Below are positions 18,658 through 27,064 of a stretch of DNA of 64,000 nucleotides, in pieces. This stretch comes from a virus. The notes beneath the pieces were generated by a model. It saw only the letters and a list, made by a program, of their open reading frames with translations. It was not told the origin of the DNA and searched no databases. Each line of letters opens with the position of its first letter. The first letter of the stretch is position 1. A program made the position numbers and the translations under genes. The stretch spans positions 160,001 to 224,000 of the IMG/VR virus record IMGVR_UViG_3300031420_000003, one strand, 5' to 3'.

Positions 18658-19356
18658 TTAGCGGTAACGACTAATCTGCGACAGCACAGATTTGTGGTCG
18701 TTCAACATCTTCTCAAGACCCGGACGCCAGTCTTGGCCGAACGGCACCGCGAAGTGGTTACGGATTTCTAAACCACGGCTTTCGTCGCTGAACTTGATTT
18801 CAAACTCGACACGAGGACCACCGAAGAAACTGGTGTGTGCTTTGTATGCCAAATCCCCGTCGGTGAACGTGAGGGGTGAAATGTTGTTACCGCGAAGTGA
18901 CTTCAGAATTCCGTGATAAAAGAAATCGTCACTGCGGTAGCGATCCGGATGTTGGGAGTGCGTAAGGAGCCATTCTTGAACGTTGTGTGGTGTTGTTCTT
19001 GAGCTGGTCGGCAGGTGTAACGCCAAATCGAAAACACTTTGGGTGAATGCGACGCGCTCTTCTTCGCTAACTGAAGTGACCGCCACGTATACCGCCACGT
19101 CACCAAGTAGGTCCCAAATGCGTTGGGGCGCATGCGGCTTGGCGGTATAGGCGATGGTGCCCGAAAAGCCGCCCGTAGAGAAATCGTTTCCGTCGTACTC
19201 AACGATAACTTGGCACATGTCTTTATTGCGGCCATCGGTATCTTCGAGAATCCAGACCTTTAACTTCCCGTCTTCTGTGCCGTAAGCCGGCGCACCTTCT
19301 TTTGGTAAAAGGCCACGGTCATTAGAAACAAGTTTAAATTTTTCAGTGTTGTTCAT
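18658..19356 (-). CDS. Hypothetical early protein, 232 aa (tandem paralog candidate)
   Basis: TAAGGAGTAAT RBS. Confidence 0.78.
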   Translation of the reverse strand: MNNTEKFKLVSNDRGLLPKEGAPAYGTEDGKLKVWILEDTDGRNKDMCQVIVEYDGNDFSTGGFSGTIAYTAKPHAPQRIWDLLGDVAVYVAVTSVSEEERVAFTQSVFDLALHLPTSSRTTPHNVQEWLLTHSQHPDRYRSDDFFYHGILKSLRGNNISPLTFTDGDLAYKAHTSFFGGPRVEFEIKFSDESRGLEIRNHFAVPFGQDWRPGLEKMLNDHKSVLSQISRYR

Positions 19357-19383
19357 CGTAATTACTCCTTACAGGTTTAAAAA

Positions 19384-19401
19384 GCATCCCCGAAGGGATG
19401 C
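19384..19401 (-). terminator. Intrinsic terminator, UUCG loop
   Basis: GCATCCC-CGAA-GGGATGC plus U-tract. Confidence 0.75.
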
Positions 19402-19415
19402 ATCGTTTATTTTAT

Positions 19416-20108
19416 TTACACCAACTTCCAGCCGAGCTTATCAACGCTCTCTTTAAACTCGGTAATGAGCTGCTGAAGGTCTTCTTCGTAATGCATGTAC
19501 CACGCGATGACTTTACGCCCTTGCAGGCTCAGGTCGTCGCGGAAGGCCATTGTCAGGACTTCGATTTGATGCTCGTCGTACATCGGACGCAGCAGGAAAA
19601 CCATTTGTCCGTTAGAGTATTGCACCGGTGGTAGAGAGTCCTCTTCCGGGAAGAACTTGCGAATATAGTGCGAGGCGTTCCAATAGATGCCATCGGGCGC
19701 GTAATCAACGTCATCACTCACAGGTTTAATGCGGCGCAGCAGCTCCTGTATTTCTTCATCTGGCGCGTTACGCTCAATCTGGCGCACAATGGTGAACAAA
19801 TCACGCAGGTAGTTATCACGGTCTTTGGCATCCCATGTCCCCAGCAGCGCACTGTGCATCGCGCCGGCAACGGTTGCGTAGCAGGCTTCCATCAGCTCAC
19901 GCCCTTCAATCGGGTTACCTTGGATAAGAAACTCGTAAACCGTTGTCCCTTCGAACGACACCGCCAGTGCGGTTAAGTTGTGCTCTTTGACGAAGCGGGC
20001 GTCGAGGTCGTAGTTTTCGCTCTCTGAAACGAACAGATTGTCGGTCTCATCGAAACTGTATTTAGTGGGTGTGGCCTGCCAGAACTTACTGAGGTTAAAA
20101 TCGTGCAT
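19416..20108 (-). CDS. Hypothetical early protein, 230 aa (tandem paralog candidate)
   Basis: TAAGGAGTAAT RBS. Confidence 0.78.
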   Translation of the reverse strand: MHDFNLSKFWQATPTKYSFDETDNLFVSESENYDLDARFVKEHNLTALAVSFEGTTVYEFLIQGNPIEGRELMEACYATVAGAMHSALLGTWDAKDRDNYLRDLFTIVRQIERNAPDEEIQELLRRIKPVSDDVDYAPDGIYWNASHYIRKFFPEEDSLPPVQYSNGQMVFLLRPMYDEHQIEVLTMAFRDDLSLQGRKVIAWYMHYEEDLQQLITEFKESVDKLGWKLV

Positions 20109-20134
20109 GCTATTACTCCTTACGAAAAGAAAGA

Positions 20135-20158
20135 ACCCCTACTCTTTCGGGTAGGGGT
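20135..20158 (-). terminator. Intrinsic terminator
   Basis: ACCCCTAC...GTAGGGGT stem with U-tract abutting the next RBS. Confidence 0.75.
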
Positions 20159-20170
20159 GGTTATTTTTTA

Positions 20171-21208
20171 TTACAGGCGAGAGAGCGCACCCTTTAACTG
20201 GCTGACTTCTTCATGACGCAGAATCATCTCATCAACCGTGCCTTCTGGCATGGCTTCCAGCTCACCCAATCGACCGAGAATGTCACGGCGAGTCTGGAAA
20301 AGCTCTTCCCCGCCCATCTTAGGATAAGCGTCTTCCACGTTCACGTTACGGGCCGCTTCCATCATCTCTTCACGCATGGCCGGTGGCAGGTCATTGGCGA
20401 AAGACTCTGCGGTGCGGCAATCAGAGGTCAGTGTGCTGTGCTTCAGACTCTGCTCAACGTTGTGCTGATGGTTGTGTGAAAAGTTACGACGGATACGTTC
20501 TTTGCGCAGACGCTCAATATCGATTGGCTGGAGGGTTACATCTTTACCCTTCACCCAGCCCAGCATTTCGAGATTGGTGTGGAAGTTATCCAGTGCATCG
20601 TTCGCCTGTGCGAAGATATCCGTTAACAGGTCGAATTTCTTGTTAACGATGAGGGTGTTGTCGTCTTGCTTCATCTCAAAGGTGAAGGCGATTTTCTGAA
20701 TACCCCACAGCAGACGTTGGGTAATCTTAATGCCTGCCTCACTGCGCCACGTATGGAGGTTATCCCCCGCCCAACCCATGCAGGTGTGGTACAGCTCGTC
20801 AGCACCCTCCAGAGGGTCTTCAAACGTCTTCTCTGCCCAGCTCTGCGCACGCCCTTGGTCTTGCAGGTCGATTGTGGCAATCACCTTACGGGCCAACACG
20901 TTCAGCCCTTCGAGGTCATTACGAATCGTCTGTGTATCACCGCCCCGGGCGACAACATACGCCTGTGCCAGTTGAATCGCACTGAGTGGCATGGTCTTAA
21001 CGCCAGTCTGTTCAAAGTTCCACTGATGATGGAACAGCTCACCCCGGTGGAAAATCGCCACACGTTCGTAGCCACGGTCATAAGCACGTTTGACTTCCCA
21101 CAGGTCAGGCTCGACCTTAGCGAGGCTTTTGTACTCCGAGCCCTCTCTTAAGCTCAGGTCAGGGGAGGTCAGTTTGAAGCCGGGAAACACGGTTGCAACG
21201 ATAGACAT
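20171..21208 (-). CDS. Hypothetical early protein, 345 aa (paralog candidate with C-terminal extension)
   Basis: TAAGGAGTAT RBS. Confidence 0.78.
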   Translation of the reverse strand: MSIVATVFPGFKLTSPDLSLREGSEYKSLAKVEPDLWEVKRAYDRGYERVAIFHRGELFHHQWNFEQTGVKTMPLSAIQLAQAYVVARGGDTQTIRNDLEGLNVLARKVIATIDLQDQGRAQSWAEKTFEDPLEGADELYHTCMGWAGDNLHTWRSEAGIKITQRLLWGIQKIAFTFEMKQDDNTLIVNKKFDLLTDIFAQANDALDNFHTNLEMLGWVKGKDVTLQPIDIERLRKERIRRNFSHNHQHNVEQSLKHSTLTSDCRTAESFANDLPPAMREEMMEAARNVNVEDAYPKMGGEELFQTRRDILGRLGELEAMPEGTVDEMILRHEEVSQLKGALSRL

Positions 21209-21235
21209 GTAATACTCCTTACGAGAAAAAAGAAA

Positions 21236-21251
21236 GCCACCCGAAGGTGGC
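21236..21251 (-). terminator. Intrinsic terminator, UUCG loop
   Basis: GCCACC-CGAA-GGTGGC plus U-tract. Confidence 0.75.
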
Positions 21252-21259
21252 CATTATGG

Positions 21260-21424
21260 TTACTTGTTCTTGCTGGCGAAATAACCAGCAAAACGTTTTT
21301 CGAGTTTGGCTAACTCAGAAGCACGTTTAGACGGCGGGTATTTCATTACCTGTGCTTTCGCATCGGCGTACGCCTGACCGTCCGACTTCGGTGTTTGCAG
21401 ATAGCTCCCAACAGATTCGCTCAC
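21260..21424 (-). CDS. Small hypothetical protein, 54 aa (MSESVGSYLQTPKSDGQAYADAK...)
   Basis: GTG start with GGAG RBS; fills the gap between a gene and a terminator; hand-translated. Confidence 0.65.
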   Translation of the reverse strand: MSESVGSYLQTPKSDGQAYADAKAQVMKYPPSKRASELAKLEKRFAGYFASKNK

Positions 21425-21435
21425 GTTACACTCCG

Positions 21436-21861
21436 TTACTTAGCAGCACGAGCGATAAGCCCGTTCATGACGTTACGATAGTTTCGGGTAGCCTGTGACT
21501 CCCGCTTCTTTGGACGGACCGGTGGAGTGAAGCGAATAGTAGGGTCGGCGAGACGGGCTTGCAACATTGCCGCTGCGAAAGCGTCGGCGTCCTGCTCAGT
21601 TTGAAGCTGAGCGAGGAAGCGCCCACGTGGGCCGAGCGTAAACGGTGTCTCATCCGTCAACAGCTTTTCCAACTCTGGAGTCGGTTTATCTGTCCCCTCA
21701 ACCTTGGACTGCTTCCACCAGTGCGGGTCAGATTCACCTTCAAGACCACGGGTTTCCATGTGTCCATGGAGGGTAAGATCCGCCGTCTGGCCGTCCGCGG
21801 TTTGTGGCAGCTCATTAACAGGGATTGTTTTCACGATAATGCCTTTGTCTTGTTCAGTCAT
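21436..21861 (-). CDS. Hypothetical protein, 141 aa
   Basis: GGAG RBS; overlaps the upstream stop. Confidence 0.7.
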   Translation of the reverse strand: MTEQDKGIIVKTIPVNELPQTADGQTADLTLHGHMETRGLEGESDPHWWKQSKVEGTDKPTPELEKLLTDETPFTLGPRGRFLAQLQTEQDADAFAAAMLQARLADPTIRFTPPVRPKKRESQATRNYRNVMNGLIARAAK

Positions 21862-22039
21862 TGTAATGCTCCAGTGGGCTCACGTTGCCCATCATGTCTA
21901 CGGCGAATACTTGCGCTGTCACGCGGACAGGCTGCTCTTCCTGCTGACGGTGTTTGGTACCGTTGGACAGGTTATCCCACTCGCGTTTGATGCGAGGGTT
22001 GTTCATGAACTCGTTGAACTGTGCGTCAGAGAAAGTCAT
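21854..22039 (-). CDS. Hypothetical protein, 61 aa
   Basis: Tightly packed in the early operon. Confidence 0.6.
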   Translation of the reverse strand: MTFSDAQFNEFMNNPRIKREWDNLSNGTKHRQQEEQPVRVTAQVFAVDMMGNVSPLEHYND

Positions 22040-22040
22040 C

Positions 22041-22184
22041 TTAGCCGCGTCCTGTGCACTGTGCTGCAGAATTACCTAAGTCAACGCAGTGGTTGTAATC
22101 TTTATTAACGGTGATGATAGAGCAAGCAACACCAACGAACAGGACGATACCGGCAATAGCTTTCAGATGGTTACGAGTTAACAT
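22041..22184 (-). CDS. Small membrane peptide, 47 aa (MLTRNHLKAIAGIVLFVGVACSIITVNKDYNHCVDLGNSAAQCTGRG)
   Basis: AGAGG RBS; one TM helix plus a Cys pair; hand-translated. Confidence 0.65.
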   Translation of the reverse strand: MLTRNHLKAIAGIVLFVGVACSIITVNKDYNHCVDLGNSAAQCTGRG

Positions 22185-22207
22185 AATGGGCCTCTTTGAA
22201 TAGTCGA

Positions 22208-22390
22208 TTATTTTAGTTCAGCAATCAGTGCAGCGATACGCGAGACTTCCGCCATATCGCCACGGGTTTTAGCTGCTGCCAGTTCAATGGTCAGCATGTT
22301 GATACGGGCTAGGATACGTGCATGACGCTCCTCAGGAGAGACACGCTTCGATTCGTAACCATAGCTTGAGCCTACTCCTGAGATTGTCAT
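22208..22390 (-). CDS. Hypothetical helical protein, 60 aa
   Basis: TAAGGA RBS. Confidence 0.65.
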   Translation of the reverse strand: MTISGVGSSYGYESKRVSPEERHARILARINMLTIELAAAKTRGDMAEVSRIAALIAELK

Positions 22391-22399
22391 AGCGTTTCC

Positions 22400-22804
22400 T
22401 TAGACGTTGGCGAAGCGTTCTTTCGCGATGGTGTAGTATTTGCGGGCAGGATACCCAGTACGTTCTTCTTCTGCACAAAGCAGCGGGGTTGCATCAACCC
22501 GTGCCAAGAACTCATCAATCATGCCGTGCAGGTCATTAGATTCAAACGGTTGATTGAAGTCCGGTTTGTAGATGACGGCAATCAGCTTTGCTTCTTTTGG
22601 GATATCAAAGCCGCCGTCGGCGACTTCCATCAAATCCGGCATGTGTGCCGCTTCCCATTCCTTGATGGCTTCAACAGACTCCTCGACACCGGACTCTTCA
22701 GCGCAAATCAGCATCATCAGATAGAACGGGGAAGACTTCACCAGTTCTTTCATTTCAGCAGAGATAACTTTAGCGTTGGTTTCGTTACGGATTTCAGTAG
22801 ACAT
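22400..22804 (-). CDS. Hypothetical early protein, 134 aa
   Basis: TAAGGA RBS; first gene after the promoter motif. Confidence 0.75.
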   Translation of the reverse strand: MSTEIRNETNAKVISAEMKELVKSSPFYLMMLICAEESGVEESVEAIKEWEAAHMPDLMEVADGGFDIPKEAKLIAVIYKPDFNQPFESNDLHGMIDEFLARVDATPLLCAEEERTGYPARKYYTIAKERFANV

Positions 22805-22855
22805 GATTATTCCTTACAGTTTTAATGGTCGATGTAAACGATTAATGTATTCGTT

Positions 22856-22876
22856 CACCTTAGTAATATCTATCTG
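22856..22876 (-). promoter_or_regulatory. Putative early promoter
   Basis: Minus strand CAGATAGATATTACTAAGGTG; core GATATTAC resembles the phiKZ early consensus TATATTAC. Confidence 0.75.
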
Positions 22877-23013
22877 AAATTTCATGCGTTCGAAGTAAGC
22901 CCGCTAGACGCTCTGTAACGCATTCTAAGCGATTTTACGGTTAATCCCTACGATGATTCGATTCGCACAGGTTATACTCGTACAATAACGCGTAGGCGTA
23001 AAAAATAAGGAAT

Positions 23014-23037
23014 CCTCCCTTCCCGAAGGAAAGGAGG
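23014..23037 (-). terminator. Intrinsic terminator, UUCG loop
   Basis: CCTCCCTTCC-CGAA-GGAAAGGAGG. Confidence 0.7.
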
Positions 23038-23043
23038 TAAACC

Positions 23044-23844
23044 TTAGCCGCCGAACGTCAGGGTTTGGAACTCTGGGTTCTGGTCAAGGCCGTTTTTCAC
23101 GGAGATGACAACGCGGTCTTTATCGTCGATCACTTCCACTGCTTCATCGCAGGTCAACCCGTAACGCTTCGCGGCTGGCAGAATGGACTCGTTATCGAAC
23201 GGGCCCAGAATCTGCGCATCAAACGGCACGTACGAGTTAAAGGTCACATACTGACCCACACGCACCACCGGATACACTTCACGGAAGTTGGTTGACACAT
23301 CCGCTGCACACGGCAGCGCGGTGTAGCGAATAACCGCACGCAGACCGGTTGTGTGTTCATCATCACGGGCTTCGCCAATCATGGTGAAACGGAACATGTC
23401 GTACTGCGCATCTTCCGTCATCATGTCAGGCTTGATACGATCAACGTAACGTGGGTAAGTAGTACCGTCGCCCGGCACCATCCCTTCTGCAAGTTTCTGA
23501 CCGAACGCGTAGGCGTAGCCAAAACCGTATTGCAGCGCCAGCGCCTGTGCACAGGTCGCCGTCGTCATGGCATGTAAGAACAACAGGTTGCCCAGTGAAC
23601 CCTTCTCAGAGATGGTCAGCTCTTTACCGCTCTCCACACCGTCGTGCGTGTGAACAATAACGATACGCTGATCAATCGAGGTTGCCATCACGTACATCAA
23701 CGCCACTTCGCCGGTCTTCGGCAGGACTTTGGTGATACGCTCCATCAGCTTAGAAGGTTTGGCAAAGTGACGGGCTTCGTAATCATCGATAGCCTGAATC
23801 ACCTGTCCTGACATACGCATGGAGTAGACGTTGTTGTTGCTCAT
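23044..23844 (-). CDS. Hypothetical protein, 266 aa
   Basis: TAAGGA RBS; clean ORF. Confidence 0.75.
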   Translation of the reverse strand: MSNNNVYSMRMSGQVIQAIDDYEARHFAKPSKLMERITKVLPKTGEVALMYVMATSIDQRIVIVHTHDGVESGKELTISEKGSLGNLLFLHAMTTATCAQALALQYGFGYAYAFGQKLAEGMVPGDGTTYPRYVDRIKPDMMTEDAQYDMFRFTMIGEARDDEHTTGLRAVIRYTALPCAADVSTNFREVYPVVRVGQYVTFNSYVPFDAQILGPFDNESILPAAKRYGLTCDEAVEVIDDKDRVVISVKNGLDQNPEFQTLTFGG

Positions 23845-23886
23845 GTTTCATCAATCCTTAAAGGGTGTTAGTTTCATAATAGAACA

Positions 23887-25191
23887 TCAGTTTGTTATTT
23901 TTGAGTTGGAGAGCCACAGCGTCAGTTCGGTCTGGCTGTTAAAGCGACCGGAGGCTAACGTCTGCCCATCCACCGAGGCGTGATACACCTCACCCAAAAC
24001 GGTACCAAACCGCGTGTACATACCAACGTCGTTGGCGTACATGAACTTCACGGGCATGCCCGGGTACACAATATTGGGCATCGACTGATTCCACGTCACC
24101 TTCACAATCATCCCATCGCGCATGGCAAGTTTGGAACGAATGTCTTTGTCGTGGTCAGCGTAATGCTTTTTCAGTACCGGGGCATTCACTAAGCCAGAAG
24201 CGTGTTTGTTGGGGGCCGCCTGCGAGACAAACTTATCCGAGGTGGTCTTAGAGACATCCCCCGGCGTAAACGAGCTAGAACGCCCGTCTAAGGCCCTGAC
24301 AGACCCGACCCGATAACCGGTGCCCTGATTGAGCGACAGCTGGTCCTGCTGGTCTTCTGTGAGCGTATCGCCGCCTGTGATGATATACCGCACACTGGCA
24401 TCACTGTGTAGCGTCCGGTCGATGTTAGCCGCACGCTCACGGGGCAGGTTCATCACCACCAGTTTTAAGCCGGCTTTGTTGAACTTGGTTTCATCGTAGG
24501 GCTTGAACAGGAACCAGTTATTGAAATACTGGAACACGCCCAAGCCTTTCGCATACACCCCATACTTTTCCTGAATGTAATCAAATACCTCCAAGAAGGT
24601 CACCGAGTCAGGGATGACCATGTCGCGATAAAGCTGTTGCTCTTCTGTCTCGTACTGAATCGAGTGCACGATACCGGCTTCGGCTTGCTGATTGGGCAAG
24701 GTGTCGACCAAGAGCTTACGCAGTAGCGTTAACCCGTCGGTGCCGTGGTACGTCCCGCCCACGTTCTTCAGGCGCTGGTACCACAGTGAAGCGGGCATCA
24801 ACTCCAGTGTGACGATAGCCACCGATTTATCATCCGACTCCCCAACAAACATCGTCTGGGATTCCATGTCGGGGTCACGGCTACTCACTACCACGCCGTT
24901 GTAGTTCACCGTGTTGAGGATTTTCTCCCCGGCCAAGGTTAACAGCTTGACGTTCATGTTCCCGTTAGCACGCGTCGTCAGTAAACGCATTTGGGAGGTG
25001 GGGACGGCCATCGTGATGTGCGTTATCGTTGAGACCGCCCCCACGAAGTTACTGCTGTGGATGACGTCCCGAACTTTCAGCACCTTGAGCGTGATGCCCT
25101 TGATGCTGACGATAGCACTGTAGTTGATGGCAGGTGCCCCAATTGCCCGACTGATGTGACTATTGACAATTGTCTGGAACCTATCAAACAT
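23887..25191 (-). CDS. Virion protein, probable baseplate hub (phiKZ gp101-like; T4 gp27/VgrG-N-like)
   Basis: C-terminal PNIVYPGMPVKF...GTVLGEVY...TELTL pattern like hub proteins; synteny. Confidence 0.6.
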   Translation of the reverse strand: MFDRFQTIVNSHISRAIGAPAINYSAIVSIKGITLKVLKVRDVIHSSNFVGAVSTITHITMAVPTSQMRLLTTRANGNMNVKLLTLAGEKILNTVNYNGVVVSSRDPDMESQTMFVGESDDKSVAIVTLELMPASLWYQRLKNVGGTYHGTDGLTLLRKLLVDTLPNQQAEAGIVHSIQYETEEQQLYRDMVIPDSVTFLEVFDYIQEKYGVYAKGLGVFQYFNNWFLFKPYDETKFNKAGLKLVVMNLPRERAANIDRTLHSDASVRYIITGGDTLTEDQQDQLSLNQGTGYRVGSVRALDGRSSSFTPGDVSKTTSDKFVSQAAPNKHASGLVNAPVLKKHYADHDKDIRSKLAMRDGMIVKVTWNQSMPNIVYPGMPVKFMYANDVGMYTRFGTVLGEVYHASVDGQTLASGRFNSQTELTLWLSNSKITN

Positions 25192-25736
25192 TATCGCGGT
25201 CCTCGAGATTGGAAGCGGGCTGCAGATTCCAAACGCCGGATCAGGGTATCGTTGAAGCGATGTTCATCTTTGGAGGCTTTCACCTCTAACCCAAAGAACG
25301 ACTGCAACGAATCTGACATGGTGACTTCGGCTTTACGGAAATAGCCATAGCGGTGCGCCACTGGAAAGAGTTTATTCGCAAGGTTGTTAAACTCACGCAT
25401 TCCTTCTATCGGGATACGGCGGCTAATCAGCGACGGGTTACTGGAAAAGGTTATCCAGTTTGCCATGTGCTCCATTATCCAGCCATACACCTTGATAGCA
25501 TCGGTTGGGTCATTGATGTCCAGCGGCATACCCTGCGACAGATACTCCGCAATTTCAAATGGACGGGCCATTATCATCTTACGGTCGTGCAGGATGGCGT
25601 TGGCCTTCTTCTTGTCTTCCGGCAAAAAGACACCGTGCTCTTGCAGGGCGTATTCGGTCAACGTTGCATAAGCCGGCACACGCCAGCTTACCCAGCTGTG
25701 AAACAAATGGAAGGCGGGGCTAAACTTCTTGGTCAT
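25191..25736 (-). CDS. Conserved hypothetical protein (phiKZ gp100-like position), 181 aa
   Basis: ATG at 25736 with GAGGT RBS, just after the upstream stop; the track's longer start overlaps the upstream gene. Confidence 0.7.
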   Translation of the reverse strand: MTKKFSPAFHLFHSWVSWRVPAYATLTEYALQEHGVFLPEDKKKANAILHDRKMIMARPFEIAEYLSQGMPLDINDPTDAIKVYGWIMEHMANWITFSSNPSLISRRIPIEGMREFNNLANKLFPVAHRYGYFRKAEVTMSDSLQSFFGLEVKASKDEHRFNDTLIRRLESAARFQSRGPR

Positions 25737-25738
25737 TA

Positions 25739-27064
25739 CTACCTCACGTAACGGAGGAGCACGTAAACCAGCGGGGTGTAGTAGAACTGCGCCGTCTTCG
25801 GCAGCGTCCGTAACATCTCCGCCAACAGGATAATTGGCATCGGGGATATCGGTTGCTGTTTGATAAAGAGGTGCAACGCCCACTCAAGCACGTTGGTGTA
25901 ACTGCCCTTGTAAAACGCCTCACTCAGGATATACGGAGTGAGTGTTGGAACACCGAAGGCCGGCAGGGATTCCCCGACGTTTCCACGGTAGTTAATGCTC
26001 TCAGGCACAAAGCCTGCAAAGCCCGGGAAGTTGTACGGGTAGGTGGCATACTTGTTATCGGCCGTGAAGAACAGGGTCGCTTGGAACTTTGACCAGCCGA
26101 TAGTGTTCATCATCTGCAACACCCGGAAAGTCTTCACCGAGAAACACGCACAGCGTCGGTTGTAGTCCTCAAGGAACGTTCCGCTCTGGTTGATAATCGC
26201 ATCCCAGAAAGTTTCGATATCGTTCGCCTGCTTCGGCGGGTGCGGATAGATACGGATGTCATGGCCCGGCATCGTCAGCCCAATGGCTCGCACGAACCGT
26301 GCCAAGAACACGTCGTATACCCGGTACTCATCTTCCGGGAACTTCAGGGTCTGGGTTTCATGGTCGTAGTAGCGTTTGACATACGTCTGCTCGATATCCA
26401 AAAGCAAACGTTCCACCCGCATGAACTCGTTCCACTCATCCGGCTTTAACAGCGTGTCCTCACCCCACCACGCACGTTCCCGCACGTAGTAATACTCGCG
26501 CACGGTACAGGCTTTGATAACCAGTGCCATCTGTGGCGTGACTTCATAGAGCATCGTGTACTCAATGTCGTAGGTCGCGATTTTGTTATCGGAGCCACGC
26601 ACGGAGGAGGTGATGTTAAAGAAGCCCAGACGCCCGCCATCCATCTCAGCCACAAAGCAGTCGTGCACGTTCGGCGGGATGGAGTTGACAAGCGTTGCGG
26701 CACCCGTAATGGTAAACGTCCGGTTGTCCGACTCCTGACTGCGCTGTAGGGCGGTGGTAACACGCAGCTCAAGGTTGTTGATTTTCTCAAGCTGCTGGGT
26801 TGGGTTATCGACCTTGGGGTCAAAGATAACTATTGGGTCGTTCTTGCCTTTCAGCAGATGGTAGAAGGTGACTGTCCACGACGAGCCGGTCACGTATTGC
26901 AACAGGTGCTGTTTAGACACACGCTGCAAATCCATCACCGTGGTACGCAGCGGTTCCGTGACGATATTGGACGCTTCCTTAACCCCGTCCTGTGCTTGTA
27001 CCAGCTCGGGGGCTGTGGGTTTGACAGGCTGCCAGTCGGCCCCTGACTTACTCGACTTCAGCAT
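25739..27064 (-). CDS. Virion structural protein (phiKZ gp99-like, possibly neck)
   Basis: 441 aa; AAGGAG RBS; PPNVHDCFVA...GFFNITS segment reminiscent of head-closure proteins. Confidence 0.65.
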   Translation of the reverse strand: MLKSSKSGADWQPVKPTAPELVQAQDGVKEASNIVTEPLRTTVMDLQRVSKQHLLQYVTGSSWTVTFYHLLKGKNDPIVIFDPKVDNPTQQLEKINNLELRVTTALQRSQESDNRTFTITGAATLVNSIPPNVHDCFVAEMDGGRLGFFNITSSVRGSDNKIATYDIEYTMLYEVTPQMALVIKACTVREYYYVRERAWWGEDTLLKPDEWNEFMRVERLLLDIEQTYVKRYYDHETQTLKFPEDEYRVYDVFLARFVRAIGLTMPGHDIRIYPHPPKQANDIETFWDAIINQSGTFLEDYNRRCACFSVKTFRVLQMMNTIGWSKFQATLFFTADNKYATYPYNFPGFAGFVPESINYRGNVGESLPAFGVPTLTPYILSEAFYKGSYTNVLEWALHLFIKQQPISPMPIILLAEMLRTLPKTAQFYYTPLVYVLLRYVR

